From an uncultured Desulfurococcaceae archaeon (lineage in GTDB: Archaea > Thermoproteota > Thermoprotei_A > Sulfolobales > NBVN01): DNA of 41,382 nucleotides. This document shows positions 1 to 7,180 of this stretch, in pieces (the stretch's first letter is position 1; each line of letters opens with the position of its first letter). The notes below the pieces were generated by a model. It did no database searches, was not told where the DNA came from, and saw only the letters and a list, made by a program, of their open reading frames with translations. The translations under genes were made by a program, and so were the position numbers. The DNA is taken from assembly GCA_964486465.1 (NCBI GenBank), contig CAZAMI010000001.1:1-41382 (forward strand), in the 5' to 3' direction.

Positions 1-583
1 TCCTTAAGACTACCGCGTAACCATTGACCATACCCCAGGAAGGATCTATGATGTATACCTCACCCCTAACCTTATCAATAGCTAGTACAGCCGTATGACC
101 TTCAGGTTCAGCCCTAACGAGTAGAAGGTAGACCCCCTCACCAGGGTTTAAGGTAGCCTTAAGTAGTGAGTAAACCAGTAGTGATAGGTCCTCACAATCA
201 CCACCACGCCTCACAGTCTCGTTAGGTAGGTTCAACACATCATTCAGTATTATTAATTCAGCAGTAGGTAGTACCACCCTTGCGTATGGGTCCCTCAAGT
301 ATGTAAGGTTGATCGCAACATACTTAATTACCTTCCAAGCCCTCTCAAGTAATGGCTCACCATATCTCAACCCCAACCTACGGGTTAAGTCGTAAATCAC
401 GGACTGGTGAGTAGACTCCCTTAACACACCCTTAACGAAGTCACTAAACATTCGTGTATTACCGAAGTATAGGTACCAAGGCTCTACAGATGCGAGAGCA
501 CTGAAGTACTCATTAGTATTTACTGGTTGCTGTACCAGCTTACTAGACTTAAGTTCCTCCACATCCTTCTCCAAAAGACTCAT
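1..583 (-). CDS. Transglutaminase-like (Cys-His-Asp) domain protein; the 3' end runs off the window
   Basis: Not in the ORF track because the window edge truncates it. Manual reverse translation from the ATG at 583-581 stays open down to base 2: MSLLEKDVEELKSS...RRGGDCEDLSLLVYSLL...EGHTAVLAI...YIIDPSWG. The GDC...H...D spacing fits a transglutaminase-core fold. Confidence 0.55.
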   Translation of the reverse strand, partial: MSLLEKDVEELKSSKLVQQPVNTNEYFSALASVEPWYLYFGNTRMFSDFVKGVLRESTHQSVIYDLTRRLGLRYGEPLLERAWKVIKYVAINLTYLRDPYARVVLPTAELIILNDVLNLPNETVRRGGDCEDLSLLVYSLLKATLNPGEGVYLLLVRAEPEGHTAVLAIDKVRGEVYIIDPSWGMVNGYAVVLR

Positions 584-699
584 ACCTACTAGCTAAGTCA
601 TTAATCAAGTCATAAAGTTCGGCAATCCGGGACTTCAACTCATCAACATCAGCCCTCACCTTAGTTAAGCCCTCAACACTACTACTGATACCCTCAACC

Positions 700-906
700 C
701 TACGTATAGCTCATCCAGCCTACCTTACTCAAGCCAGCAACAGTCCTAGTCACCTCATCAATTAAGCCCCTAACCTCATCCCTAATCATAGAGACATCAC
801 TTAATCTAGGCTTAACATTAGTCTTAACATCGTAATAGACATAGAAGTTCATACCAGTAAGTAGCAGAACCGCAACAGCCCACACAGCCAAAGCAGCCCT
901 CATCAA
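700..906 (-). CDS. Small hypothetical protein with an N-terminal TM helix and a charged helical tail
   Basis: 68-aa ORF. It has a hydrophobic N-terminus (AALAVWAVAVLLLTG) followed by a heptad-like DEVRGLIDEVTRTVAGL tail. I recognise no family. Confidence 0.35.
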   Translation of the reverse strand: MMRAALAVWAVAVLLLTGMNFYVYYDVKTNVKPRLSDVSMIRDEVRGLIDEVTRTVAGLSKVGWMSYT

Positions 907-1052
907 GCAATCCCTTAAAGATCTCTAACAGAAAATTTATTAAGGAAGCTTACATGGGGTTCAAGACCTGTAAAGCGGATCGATAATAAGTGACTATGTC
1001 TTTGTTTCTCTAATAGAGTATAAGTACATAAGAGCTAACGAGTATTGAGTAC

Positions 1053-1241
1053 TTGCTTAAATATTTCATGGTTAGTGGTATAATTAATGGTGTAATGCTT
1101 AACATTATACAAGTGGTTGAGGAAGTTATTGAGTCCTTAATTAGGGAGCTAAGCTTTTGGGATATAATCTACTTAGCCATGGCGATCTCAACAATAGCGT
1201 TAGCCATAATAGCATTAATGCTTATAGTGAAGAGTAAATAA
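1053..1241 (+). CDS. Small hypothetical protein with a C-terminal TM helix
   Basis: 62-aa ORF starting at TTG 1053; an in-frame ATG at 1068 is an alternative start. The C-terminus is hydrophobic (IIYLAMAISTIALAIIALMLIV). Confidence 0.3.
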   Translation: MLKYFMVSGIINGVMLNIIQVVEEVIESLIRELSFWDIIYLAMAISTIALAIIALMLIVKSK

Positions 1242-1585
1242 TCAACCTAAACATACTACTAAGTGCGGAATTACGGAAGTGGGATTCTTAACTATTTGTT
1301 TTGAATTTCTTAAACTTTATTTAGTGGTAATTTGATTTATGTAGAAGACTACCTGCTACTAATGATAACTGACCTATAAAGCATGGAGGGTTTGTTAAGG
1401 GACATAAACCATACAAGACCTACCAATAGATATGATGAACAACCAATAGTTACTATCTTCATAAGGGGTCATGACACATAAACAATCATTAAAAAGACAT
1501 GATTTTGCGGCTTTACTTCCTTACTTTCGGGATTTACATAAGAATATAGAGGATAGACTATATAGTGTAGCGTTATATTGTGTCC

Positions 1586-1756
1586 TTAACAATCTTTCTC
1601 TTTAAGCTTTATCTCTACGCCATCGGGTGTGAAACATATGACCTCTCTTCCACTATTTAATATATCACCTATCGCAAGTACTATAAAGAATATTATTCCT
1701 GGGATGCACGCCAATACCAACCCTATCTTCTCAGTTAACGTGAAATCTGTAACCAT
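1586..1756 (-). CDS. Small hypothetical membrane protein (56 aa, below the ORF-track cutoff)
   Basis: Manual translation gives MVTDFTLTEKIGLVLACIPGIIFFIVLAIGDILNSGREVICFTPDGVEIKLKEKDC. A GAGGTGA Shine-Dalgarno-like motif lies just upstream of the ATG at 1756-1754. Confidence 0.3.
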   Translation of the reverse strand: MVTDFTLTEKIGLVLACIPGIIFFIVLAIGDILNSGREVICFTPDGVEIKLKEKDC

Positions 1757-1939
1757 TATTCACCTCAATTAATTATCGTACTACACCTCTATTAACAATT
1801 TACTTTCTAACAATCTTGTACCCCTATATTGACTTGTGGACGTGGAGCTCTATTTATGATATTTTCCTAAAAGCCTTAATTAAGATCTTGTCGTAGAATT
1901 ACTGAACTTCTATGGTTTAACTTATTTCCTCGCGTAAAG

Positions 1940-2308
1940 TCAGCAAGCTACGTAATGCCCTCTTTCCACCTCTATCATAGGTGGTTCTCCCGTTTTACAC
2001 TTACTTCGAGTAAACGGACATCTAGGATGAAACCTACACCCTGCGGTGGGTTAATGAGGTCTGGTAGCTGTCCAGGAATTCAAGTTATTCTCTCTACGTC
2101 TAATCCTAGGTCGCTAAGTTTAATGCTATGGCCTCATCATTGGATGTTCATGAATCATCTCACGGGTTGATTCAGTAAAGTATAATGAATTCTTAGGAAT
2201 GTGTTCTAACGCTTTGATCCAGGCCCTATATAGTTTTGCGACGTTATTGTTATAGAGGTTAGTACTGATTATTAAAGACTTTAAAGGGAGTTTTATGTAA
2301 AAGAAGTA
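1940..2308 (-). pseudogene. Degraded C-terminal remnant of an Opp/Dpp/Nik-family ABC transporter ATPase
   Basis: Reverse-strand translation gives three pieces. First ...SLIISTNLYNNNVAKLYRAWIKALE...REMIHEHPMMR (compare ITHDL...VMYaGkivE...HPYT). Then, in another frame with an in-frame TGA, ...IPGQLPDLINPPQG. Then, after a 1-nt frame change, CRFHPRCPFTRSKCKTGEPPMIEVERGHYVAC*. The last is the classic oligopeptide-ABC C-terminal motif. The Walker A/B part is absent. Confidence 0.7.
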
Positions 2309-2343
2309 TTAAAGTGTATTTTTAATGGAGACTAAAACGATAC

Positions 2344-2772
2344 TTACTCCTCAACAGCTAGTAGTAAGGGCCTTGTAATTTCAACACCTTTAACAATACT
2401 TAACCTACCTATCAGGTGTTTAATCTTCTCAGCATCACCTCTAACAGCTATTGCTAACATGCACTTCTCCTTACTTAGGTGTACATGGAGTGTTGAAACT
2501 ATTATGTCTAGGAAATCATGCTGAATATTCGTTAATTCCTCGTCAACACCTCTAACTTCATGATTATAAATCACGCCTACAATCCCTACAGCTTCCTTAG
2601 CTACCTTCCATTCATGCTCAATTATGAACAACTTTAACGCCTCCCTAACCAGTGCTGACTTACTACTGATTCCTAAAGCTTTCATAAACCTCTCCAAGTC
2701 ATTAGCAAGTTCTTTTGGTATATACACCCCAAACTTACTTCCTAATCCGGTCCTACGCAAGTGAAGCACCAT
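2344..2772 (-). CDS. nikR: NikR-family nickel-responsive regulator (ribbon-helix-helix plus C-terminal metal-binding domain)
   Basis: The N-terminus is CopG/RHH-like (KFGVYIPKELANDLERFMKALGISSKSALVREALKLFI). The C-domain reads HDFLDIIVSTLHVHLSKEKC, which reproduces the H-x10-H-x-H-x5-C high-affinity Ni site spacing of E. coli NikR. I start the gene at the internal ATG 2772-2770; the track's extension to 2826 is hydrophobic and probably spurious. Confidence 0.75.
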   Translation of the reverse strand: MVLHLRRTGLGSKFGVYIPKELANDLERFMKALGISSKSALVREALKLFIIEHEWKVAKEAVGIVGVIYNHEVRGVDEELTNIQHDFLDIIVSTLHVHLSKEKCMLAIAVRGDAEKIKHLIGRLSIVKGVEITRPLLLAVEE

Positions 2773-2820
2773 GATAATACTATCCAAGGCAAAATAAGAG
2801 ATTAATGATAAAATGAATAC

Positions 2821-2848
2821 ATTCATTAACTTGAATGATGTGATGAAT
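2821..2848. promoter_or_regulatory. Perfect dyad ATTCAT-N16-ATGAAT upstream of nikR; candidate operator
   Basis: The half-sites are 2821-2826 ATTCAT and 2843-2848 ATGAAT, separated by 16 nt. E. coli NikR operators share this geometry (GTATGA-N16-TCATAC), though the half-site sequence differs. Confidence 0.35.
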
Positions 2849-2890
2849 TAAATAAATAAAGAATAAATAAGCATCTACTTGAATCATGTG
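2829..2890. repeat. Direct repeat ACTTGAAT(G/C)ATGTG, two copies 48 bp apart
   Basis: 2829-2842 reads acttgaatgatgtg and 2877-2890 reads acttgaatcatgtg (13 of 14 identical). Both lie in the AT-rich intergenic region between nikR and the MBL hydrolase gene. Confidence 0.4.
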
Positions 2891-3049
2891 CCTACCTTAT
2901 AAAGTAATTAATGATGAAGTTAGATATTGAAAAGCCTCATTAAATTAAATGAGTAAAAGTGTATATGCTTATGGTTTAAGAAGTATTTGTTAAGTAATAT
3001 GTTGATACATGCATCTCATATATTAAAATATGATGTCGCTTCTCGTTAC

Positions 3050-3784
3050 TCAAGGTATTTGCTTCACATTAAAGTATTCCTTATCATGGATTGCTATGAT
3101 GATATCTGCTACATTCTTTATTCTATTCATGCTTTCATAAAGCTTGACTATATCTATATGAATTCCGGGTATTATGAAATCCTCAGAGATACCTTTAACA
3201 GGCGGCTCAAAGTTCTCCTTAATACAGCAGAACCCGGTTATCGCCACCTTACCTTTAACTGTATCAACGATTACTGTTTGACCCCCAGGTGTATGTCCTG
3301 GCGTTAACATTACTGAAACACCCTCAACTATCTCCTTATCTCCGCTTACGTACTCAATTCTCAATCCCGAAAGAACCTTCTCAATTACTTCGCTGGGGTA
3401 AAATCCTTTATAGGCTGGATGAGGATTTAATGCAGCTTTAAACTCCTCATCCTGAATTATGAATGTTGATCTCTTTAACTCTTTAGCATAAGCTATATGA
3501 TCTAAATGAAGATGTGTTAATATAACTATGTCCACATCATTGATGTCCCAACCAATCTTAGCTAATCCCTCAGTTAAAGTATATACCTGAGTAGCTGGGA
3601 ATCCTGAACTTGACTGTACATTCGCAGGACAACCTGTATCTACAAGTAATCTCCTATCACCACACTCGATTGCCCAAGCGAAGGTTCCTAACTCTATTGT
3701 GGTTCCGAAATTTATTAAATAGGTCATGACTGATTTATCCACCTTAACTTTAGTAATAGGTATGGGTTTAATAACACAGTTCAT
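3050..3784 (-). CDS. MBL-fold metallo-hydrolase (lactonase-like)
   Basis: HLHLDH (HxHxDH) zinc motif, with a downstream TPGHTPGG and a further His/Asp. Length is 244 aa. Confidence 0.75.
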   Translation of the reverse strand: MNCVIKPIPITKVKVDKSVMTYLINFGTTIELGTFAWAIECGDRRLLVDTGCPANVQSSSGFPATQVYTLTEGLAKIGWDINDVDIVILTHLHLDHIAYAKELKRSTFIIQDEEFKAALNPHPAYKGFYPSEVIEKVLSGLRIEYVSGDKEIVEGVSVMLTPGHTPGGQTVIVDTVKGKVAITGFCCIKENFEPPVKGISEDFIIPGIHIDIVKLYESMNRIKNVADIIIAIHDKEYFNVKQIP

Positions 3785-3860
3785 ACGCTCACAAAGATAT
3801 TATGATCAAGGAAGTTTATTAATTTATTTTCATGGATTCAAGATAATTAGGGGTGAAGTT

Positions 3861-4352
3861 ATGACTTTAGCTAATACTAATTATAGTAATGAGGTTAGAA
3901 CTCATACCGCACTACACATACTAAAAGGTGCTGTTGTCAAGGTTTTAGGTAAAGATGCTATGTGGACAGCTAGTACTTATGTTAGCGGTAAGCACGGTAG
4001 ATTAACAGTTAAATTTAATAGAAAACCAACTAACGATGAGATTAAAGCCATAGAAGAACTTGCTAATAAAAAGATTAAGGAGAATTTAAGAGTAGAAATC
4101 AAAGTAATGCCTAGAGATGAAGCTGAGAGAACCTATGGAAATATAATCTACGACCTCTTTCCAGTACCTCAGGAGGTTAAAGAGTTAAGTATAGTTATAG
4201 TGTTTGATACTGACGGCAGTATATGGAATATAAACGCATGCAATAAAGAACATTGTACGACGGCAGGTTGTGTAGGTGAAATAAGTATAAAGAAAGTGAG
4301 ATTTCGAAAGAGTAAGCAATTACTTGAGATTTCATTCGATATTAAACCCTAA
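3861..4352 (+). CDS. alaX: AlaX-type alanyl-tRNA editing domain protein (small form)
   Basis: HTALHIL (HxxxH) together with the C-terminal ACNKEHC zinc motif of the AlaRS second additional domain. I start at ATG 3861, which is preceded by AGGGGTGA. The track's upstream extension overlaps the divergent MBL gene. Confidence 0.6.
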   Translation: MTLANTNYSNEVRTHTALHILKGAVVKVLGKDAMWTASTYVSGKHGRLTVKFNRKPTNDEIKAIEELANKKIKENLRVEIKVMPRDEAERTYGNIIYDLFPVPQEVKELSIVIVFDTDGSIWNINACNKEHCTTAGCVGEISIKKVRFRKSKQLLEISFDIKP

Positions 4353-4375
4353 AGAGAGGTAAGGTAATTAATATC

Positions 4376-5002
4376 TTGGTGACATCCTTGAAATGTGAAT
4401 GCTTCCTTGACGTCATATTAACTAGGCGTAGTATTCGCTGGTTTAAACCTGATCCCATTCCTAACGACATATTATTAAGGATAATTGAAGCAGGTACTAG
4501 GGCGCCAACAGCTGGTGGTGGTGAACAATGGTTTTTCATAATTGTTAAGGATGCTGAAAAGCGTAAGAAGATCCATAAACTACTACTTGAAGCTCATAAA
4601 AAGTACGCTATTGAAGTATTAAGAAGTCCTTTACCTTCAGCTAAGGTTGAGAAGTGGATGAAACGTATAATTGAGGGTATGTATTTAGCTCCAATCTATA
4701 TAGCTGCATATATAGATCTTAGAGAAAGACTCTTCAATGACTCATTCCTAGAATTTGAGAGAATATCTGCAATTCAGAGTCTAGCTACAGCTATTGAAAA
4801 TATTTTATTAACTGCACATTCCATGGGCTTAGGCGCAGTATGGTTAGGAGTTCCCTTACTAATGAGGAATGAATTTAACAAAATTCTTGAGCCCCCTAGG
4901 AGGTGTGAATTACAGGGATTAATAGCGTTAGGATATCCTAATGAGGATGTAAAACCTAGGGCTAGACGTAAGAAAGTAAAGGATGTGATTAAGATAATTT
5001 AG
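4376..5002 (+). CDS. Nitroreductase-family FMN oxidoreductase
   Basis: ILTRRSIRWFKPDPIP...IIEAGTRAPTAGGGEQWFFIIV is a typical nitroreductase N-terminus. TTG start. Confidence 0.7.
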   Translation: MVTSLKCECFLDVILTRRSIRWFKPDPIPNDILLRIIEAGTRAPTAGGGEQWFFIIVKDAEKRKKIHKLLLEAHKKYAIEVLRSPLPSAKVEKWMKRIIEGMYLAPIYIAAYIDLRERLFNDSFLEFERISAIQSLATAIENILLTAHSMGLGAVWLGVPLLMRNEFNKILEPPRRCELQGLIALGYPNEDVKPRARRKKVKDVIKII

Positions 5003-5021
5003 TGTTAAAAATATTGAGCTA

Positions 5022-6179
5022 TCACCTTCGATGGAGTTTCCTAAGACTTTTCTCTAACCTATCCATTGCTTCAACAAGTTTTTCATAAGGTGCTGCACAG
5101 GATATTCTAACATAACCCTCACCATACTTACCAAAGGCGCTACCTGGCACCACAGCTACTCTAGCTTCATATAGTAAATACTCAGCTACTTCACTTGATT
5201 TACCATAACTTGACATGTTAGGAAATATGTAGAACGTACCTTTAGGCTTAACGACACTTATATCAGGTATTTCCTTAAGCCTCTTATATACCATCTCAAT
5301 TCTCCTTCTATATTCATAAACCATGCGTTTAACGCATTCCTGAGGACCCTTAAGTGCGGCTATGCCAGCCCTCTGAACAAACGCTACAGGGCATGTCACT
5401 AAGTACATATTTAATTTAACCATCCTGTTTATCACATCTCTACGAGCAACTACATAACCCAGTCTCCACCCAGTCATAGCGTATGTCTTCGAGAATGAGA
5501 ACACGCTTATGACTCTATCCCTCATACCATTAAGTGAGGCTATACTTACATGCTCACCATCAAATACGATCTTCTCATAGGCTTCATCAGAGATTATCAT
5601 GAGGTTACGTTCAACAGCTAAATCAGCTATCTCCTCAAGTACCTTTCTAGGATACACCGCCCCAGTAGGATTACAGGGAGTATTAATTATGATAACCCGT
5701 GTCTTTTCAGTGATATACCTTTTTATATCATCAACTATAGGTATGAATTCGTTCTCCTCCTTAACAGGTACTTCAACAGGTACACCTCCAGCCATCATTA
5801 CTAATGGTTTATACGATACGAATGAAGGAGATAATATTAAGACCTCATCGCCTCTTCTAACCGTTGCAAGTATAGCGTTAGCAAGTGCTTGTTCACCACC
5901 AACAGTTACTAAAACTTCATCTACTGTTACATCAATATCATTCTCTTTCCTCAACTTCTCAATTAGCGCTTCCCTAAGCTCTAATAGACCTGCATTAGAT
6001 GTGTAATGAGTATAGCCTTCCATTAATGCATTGATAGCTGCCTCCTTAATGTGTTTAGGCGTGTCAAAGTCAGGTTCCCCAATGCCTAAGTTAATTACAT
6101 CAGCCATCCTAGATGCAAGTTCAAATAACCTTCTTATTCCTGAGATAGGTATTTGGTCAAGAACCTCAGATATACTCAA
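5022..6179 (-). CDS. Class I/II PLP-dependent aminotransferase (aspartate/aromatic type)
   Basis: NLGIGEPDFDTP, NPCNPTG and the PLP-lysine motif SFSKTYAMTGWRLGY. Length is 385 aa. Confidence 0.85.
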   Translation of the reverse strand: MSISEVLDQIPISGIRRLFELASRMADVINLGIGEPDFDTPKHIKEAAINALMEGYTHYTSNAGLLELREALIEKLRKENDIDVTVDEVLVTVGGEQALANAILATVRRGDEVLILSPSFVSYKPLVMMAGGVPVEVPVKEENEFIPIVDDIKRYITEKTRVIIINTPCNPTGAVYPRKVLEEIADLAVERNLMIISDEAYEKIVFDGEHVSIASLNGMRDRVISVFSFSKTYAMTGWRLGYVVARRDVINRMVKLNMYLVTCPVAFVQRAGIAALKGPQECVKRMVYEYRRRIEMVYKRLKEIPDISVVKPKGTFYIFPNMSSYGKSSEVAEYLLYEARVAVVPGSAFGKYGEGYVRISCAAPYEKLVEAMDRLEKSLRKLHRR

Positions 6180-6342
6180 CTCAAACCCTCTACATCATTA
6201 CGCAGCGAATTTTAAAGTGTACGTACTTGAGATAGTCTTTGATTATTTTGAATAACCCGCCACACTTGCTTTAATTATGTATACTTTTCATAACTTCCGA
6301 ACGATATAAAGGCTAATTCAATATTCCTTGTGAGGAGATAGT

Positions 6343-6909
6343 TTGGAGGAGATTAGACTTCATGGTAGGGGTGGTCAGGGAGTAGTTCTATGTTCTGAGT
6401 TAATTGCCTTAGCTGCTTTGTATGATGGAAAATTTGCTAGAGCATTTCCATGGTTTGGGATAGCAAGGCGTGGAGCACCTGTTACATCGTTCATAATGAT
6501 GGGTAGGCCGAACGAGATTACGAGGAGTATGATCTATAGCCCTAAATATGTAATGGTCTTAGATCCTCAATTACACAAGGTGATGCCCTCAGTAACTGAC
6601 GGTATTAAAGATGGTGGAATCTACATACAAAATACTGTGAAGGAACCTAGTGAATTAATTCATGAGTTAAATCTCAAGGTTAAGTTGAGTGTGGTAGCAT
6701 CTGTTGACGCGACAGGTCTCGCCATGAAGTATATGGGTGTAGCGATACCAAATATAGCTATGTTAGGGGCATTCACTCGGGTTACAGGACTCATAACACT
6801 GGACTCAGCTAAGAGAGCAGTTAAGGCTAGATTTCCAGAAGGGGTTTGGGATAACTACATAAAGTGTCTGGAAGCCGGGTATAGTGAGGTACGTATTAAG
6901 GTGATGTAG
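6343..6909 (+). CDS. porG: 2-oxoacid (pyruvate/2-ketoisovalerate):ferredoxin oxidoreductase, gamma subunit
   Basis: HGRGGQGVV N-terminus and 188 aa length. It is the first gene of a gamma-delta-alpha/beta array. Confidence 0.75.
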   Translation: MEEIRLHGRGGQGVVLCSELIALAALYDGKFARAFPWFGIARRGAPVTSFIMMGRPNEITRSMIYSPKYVMVLDPQLHKVMPSVTDGIKDGGIYIQNTVKEPSELIHELNLKVKLSVVASVDATGLAMKYMGVAIPNIAMLGAFTRVTGLITLDSAKRAVKARFPEGVWDNYIKCLEAGYSEVRIKVM

Positions 6910-6910
6910 C

Positions 6911-7177
6911 ATGGAGAAAAATTCTGAATATCCTGAAATTCCTCTAATACTTACTAGTGAAATAGGTTCCGAACCTGTATCCCACTGGAGAGTTCTAAAG
7001 CCCGTCATTAACTATGATCTGTGCAGGAAATGCTGGTTATGTATTATGTACTGTCCTGAGGGAGTGATAAGTAAGGGAGATAGAGGTCCTGTGATTGATT
7101 ACAGATTCTGTAAGGGATGCGGTATTTGCGCGAATGAATGTCCCACAAAGGCTATAAGTATGGTTAGGGAGGTGTAA
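6911..7177 (+). CDS. porD: 2-oxoacid:ferredoxin oxidoreductase, delta (2x[4Fe-4S] ferredoxin) subunit
   Basis: CRKCWLCIMYCP and CKGCGICANECP motifs. Length is 88 aa. Confidence 0.8.
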   Translation: MEKNSEYPEIPLILTSEIGSEPVSHWRVLKPVINYDLCRKCWLCIMYCPEGVISKGDRGPVIDYRFCKGCGICANECPTKAISMVREV

Positions 7178-7180
7178 CTT

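Noticed and set aside
1425-1485. Possible C/D-box sRNA: AUGAUGA at about 1434-1440, and a second candidate AAUGAUGA at about 2911-2918
   Set aside because: No correctly spaced D', C' or D (CUGA) boxes follow, so the RUGAUGA matches are most likely chance in AT-rich DNA.
1955-2170. 71-aa plus-strand ORF in the track
   Set aside because: Its composition is not protein-like. The opposite strand carries clear Opp/Nik ABC ATPase C-terminal motifs across three frames, so this ORF is the antisense shadow of that pseudogene.
2987-3307. 106-aa plus-strand ORF, and the 4342-4539 minus-strand ORF
   Set aside because: They are antisense to the MBL hydrolase and nitroreductase genes respectively, and have no motifs.
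6985-7000. CCCACTGGAG, which resembles an ORB/mini-ORB origin box core
   Set aside because: It is a single partial match inside the porD coding region. There is no cluster of boxes, no AT-rich unwinding element, and no orc1/cdc6 nearby.
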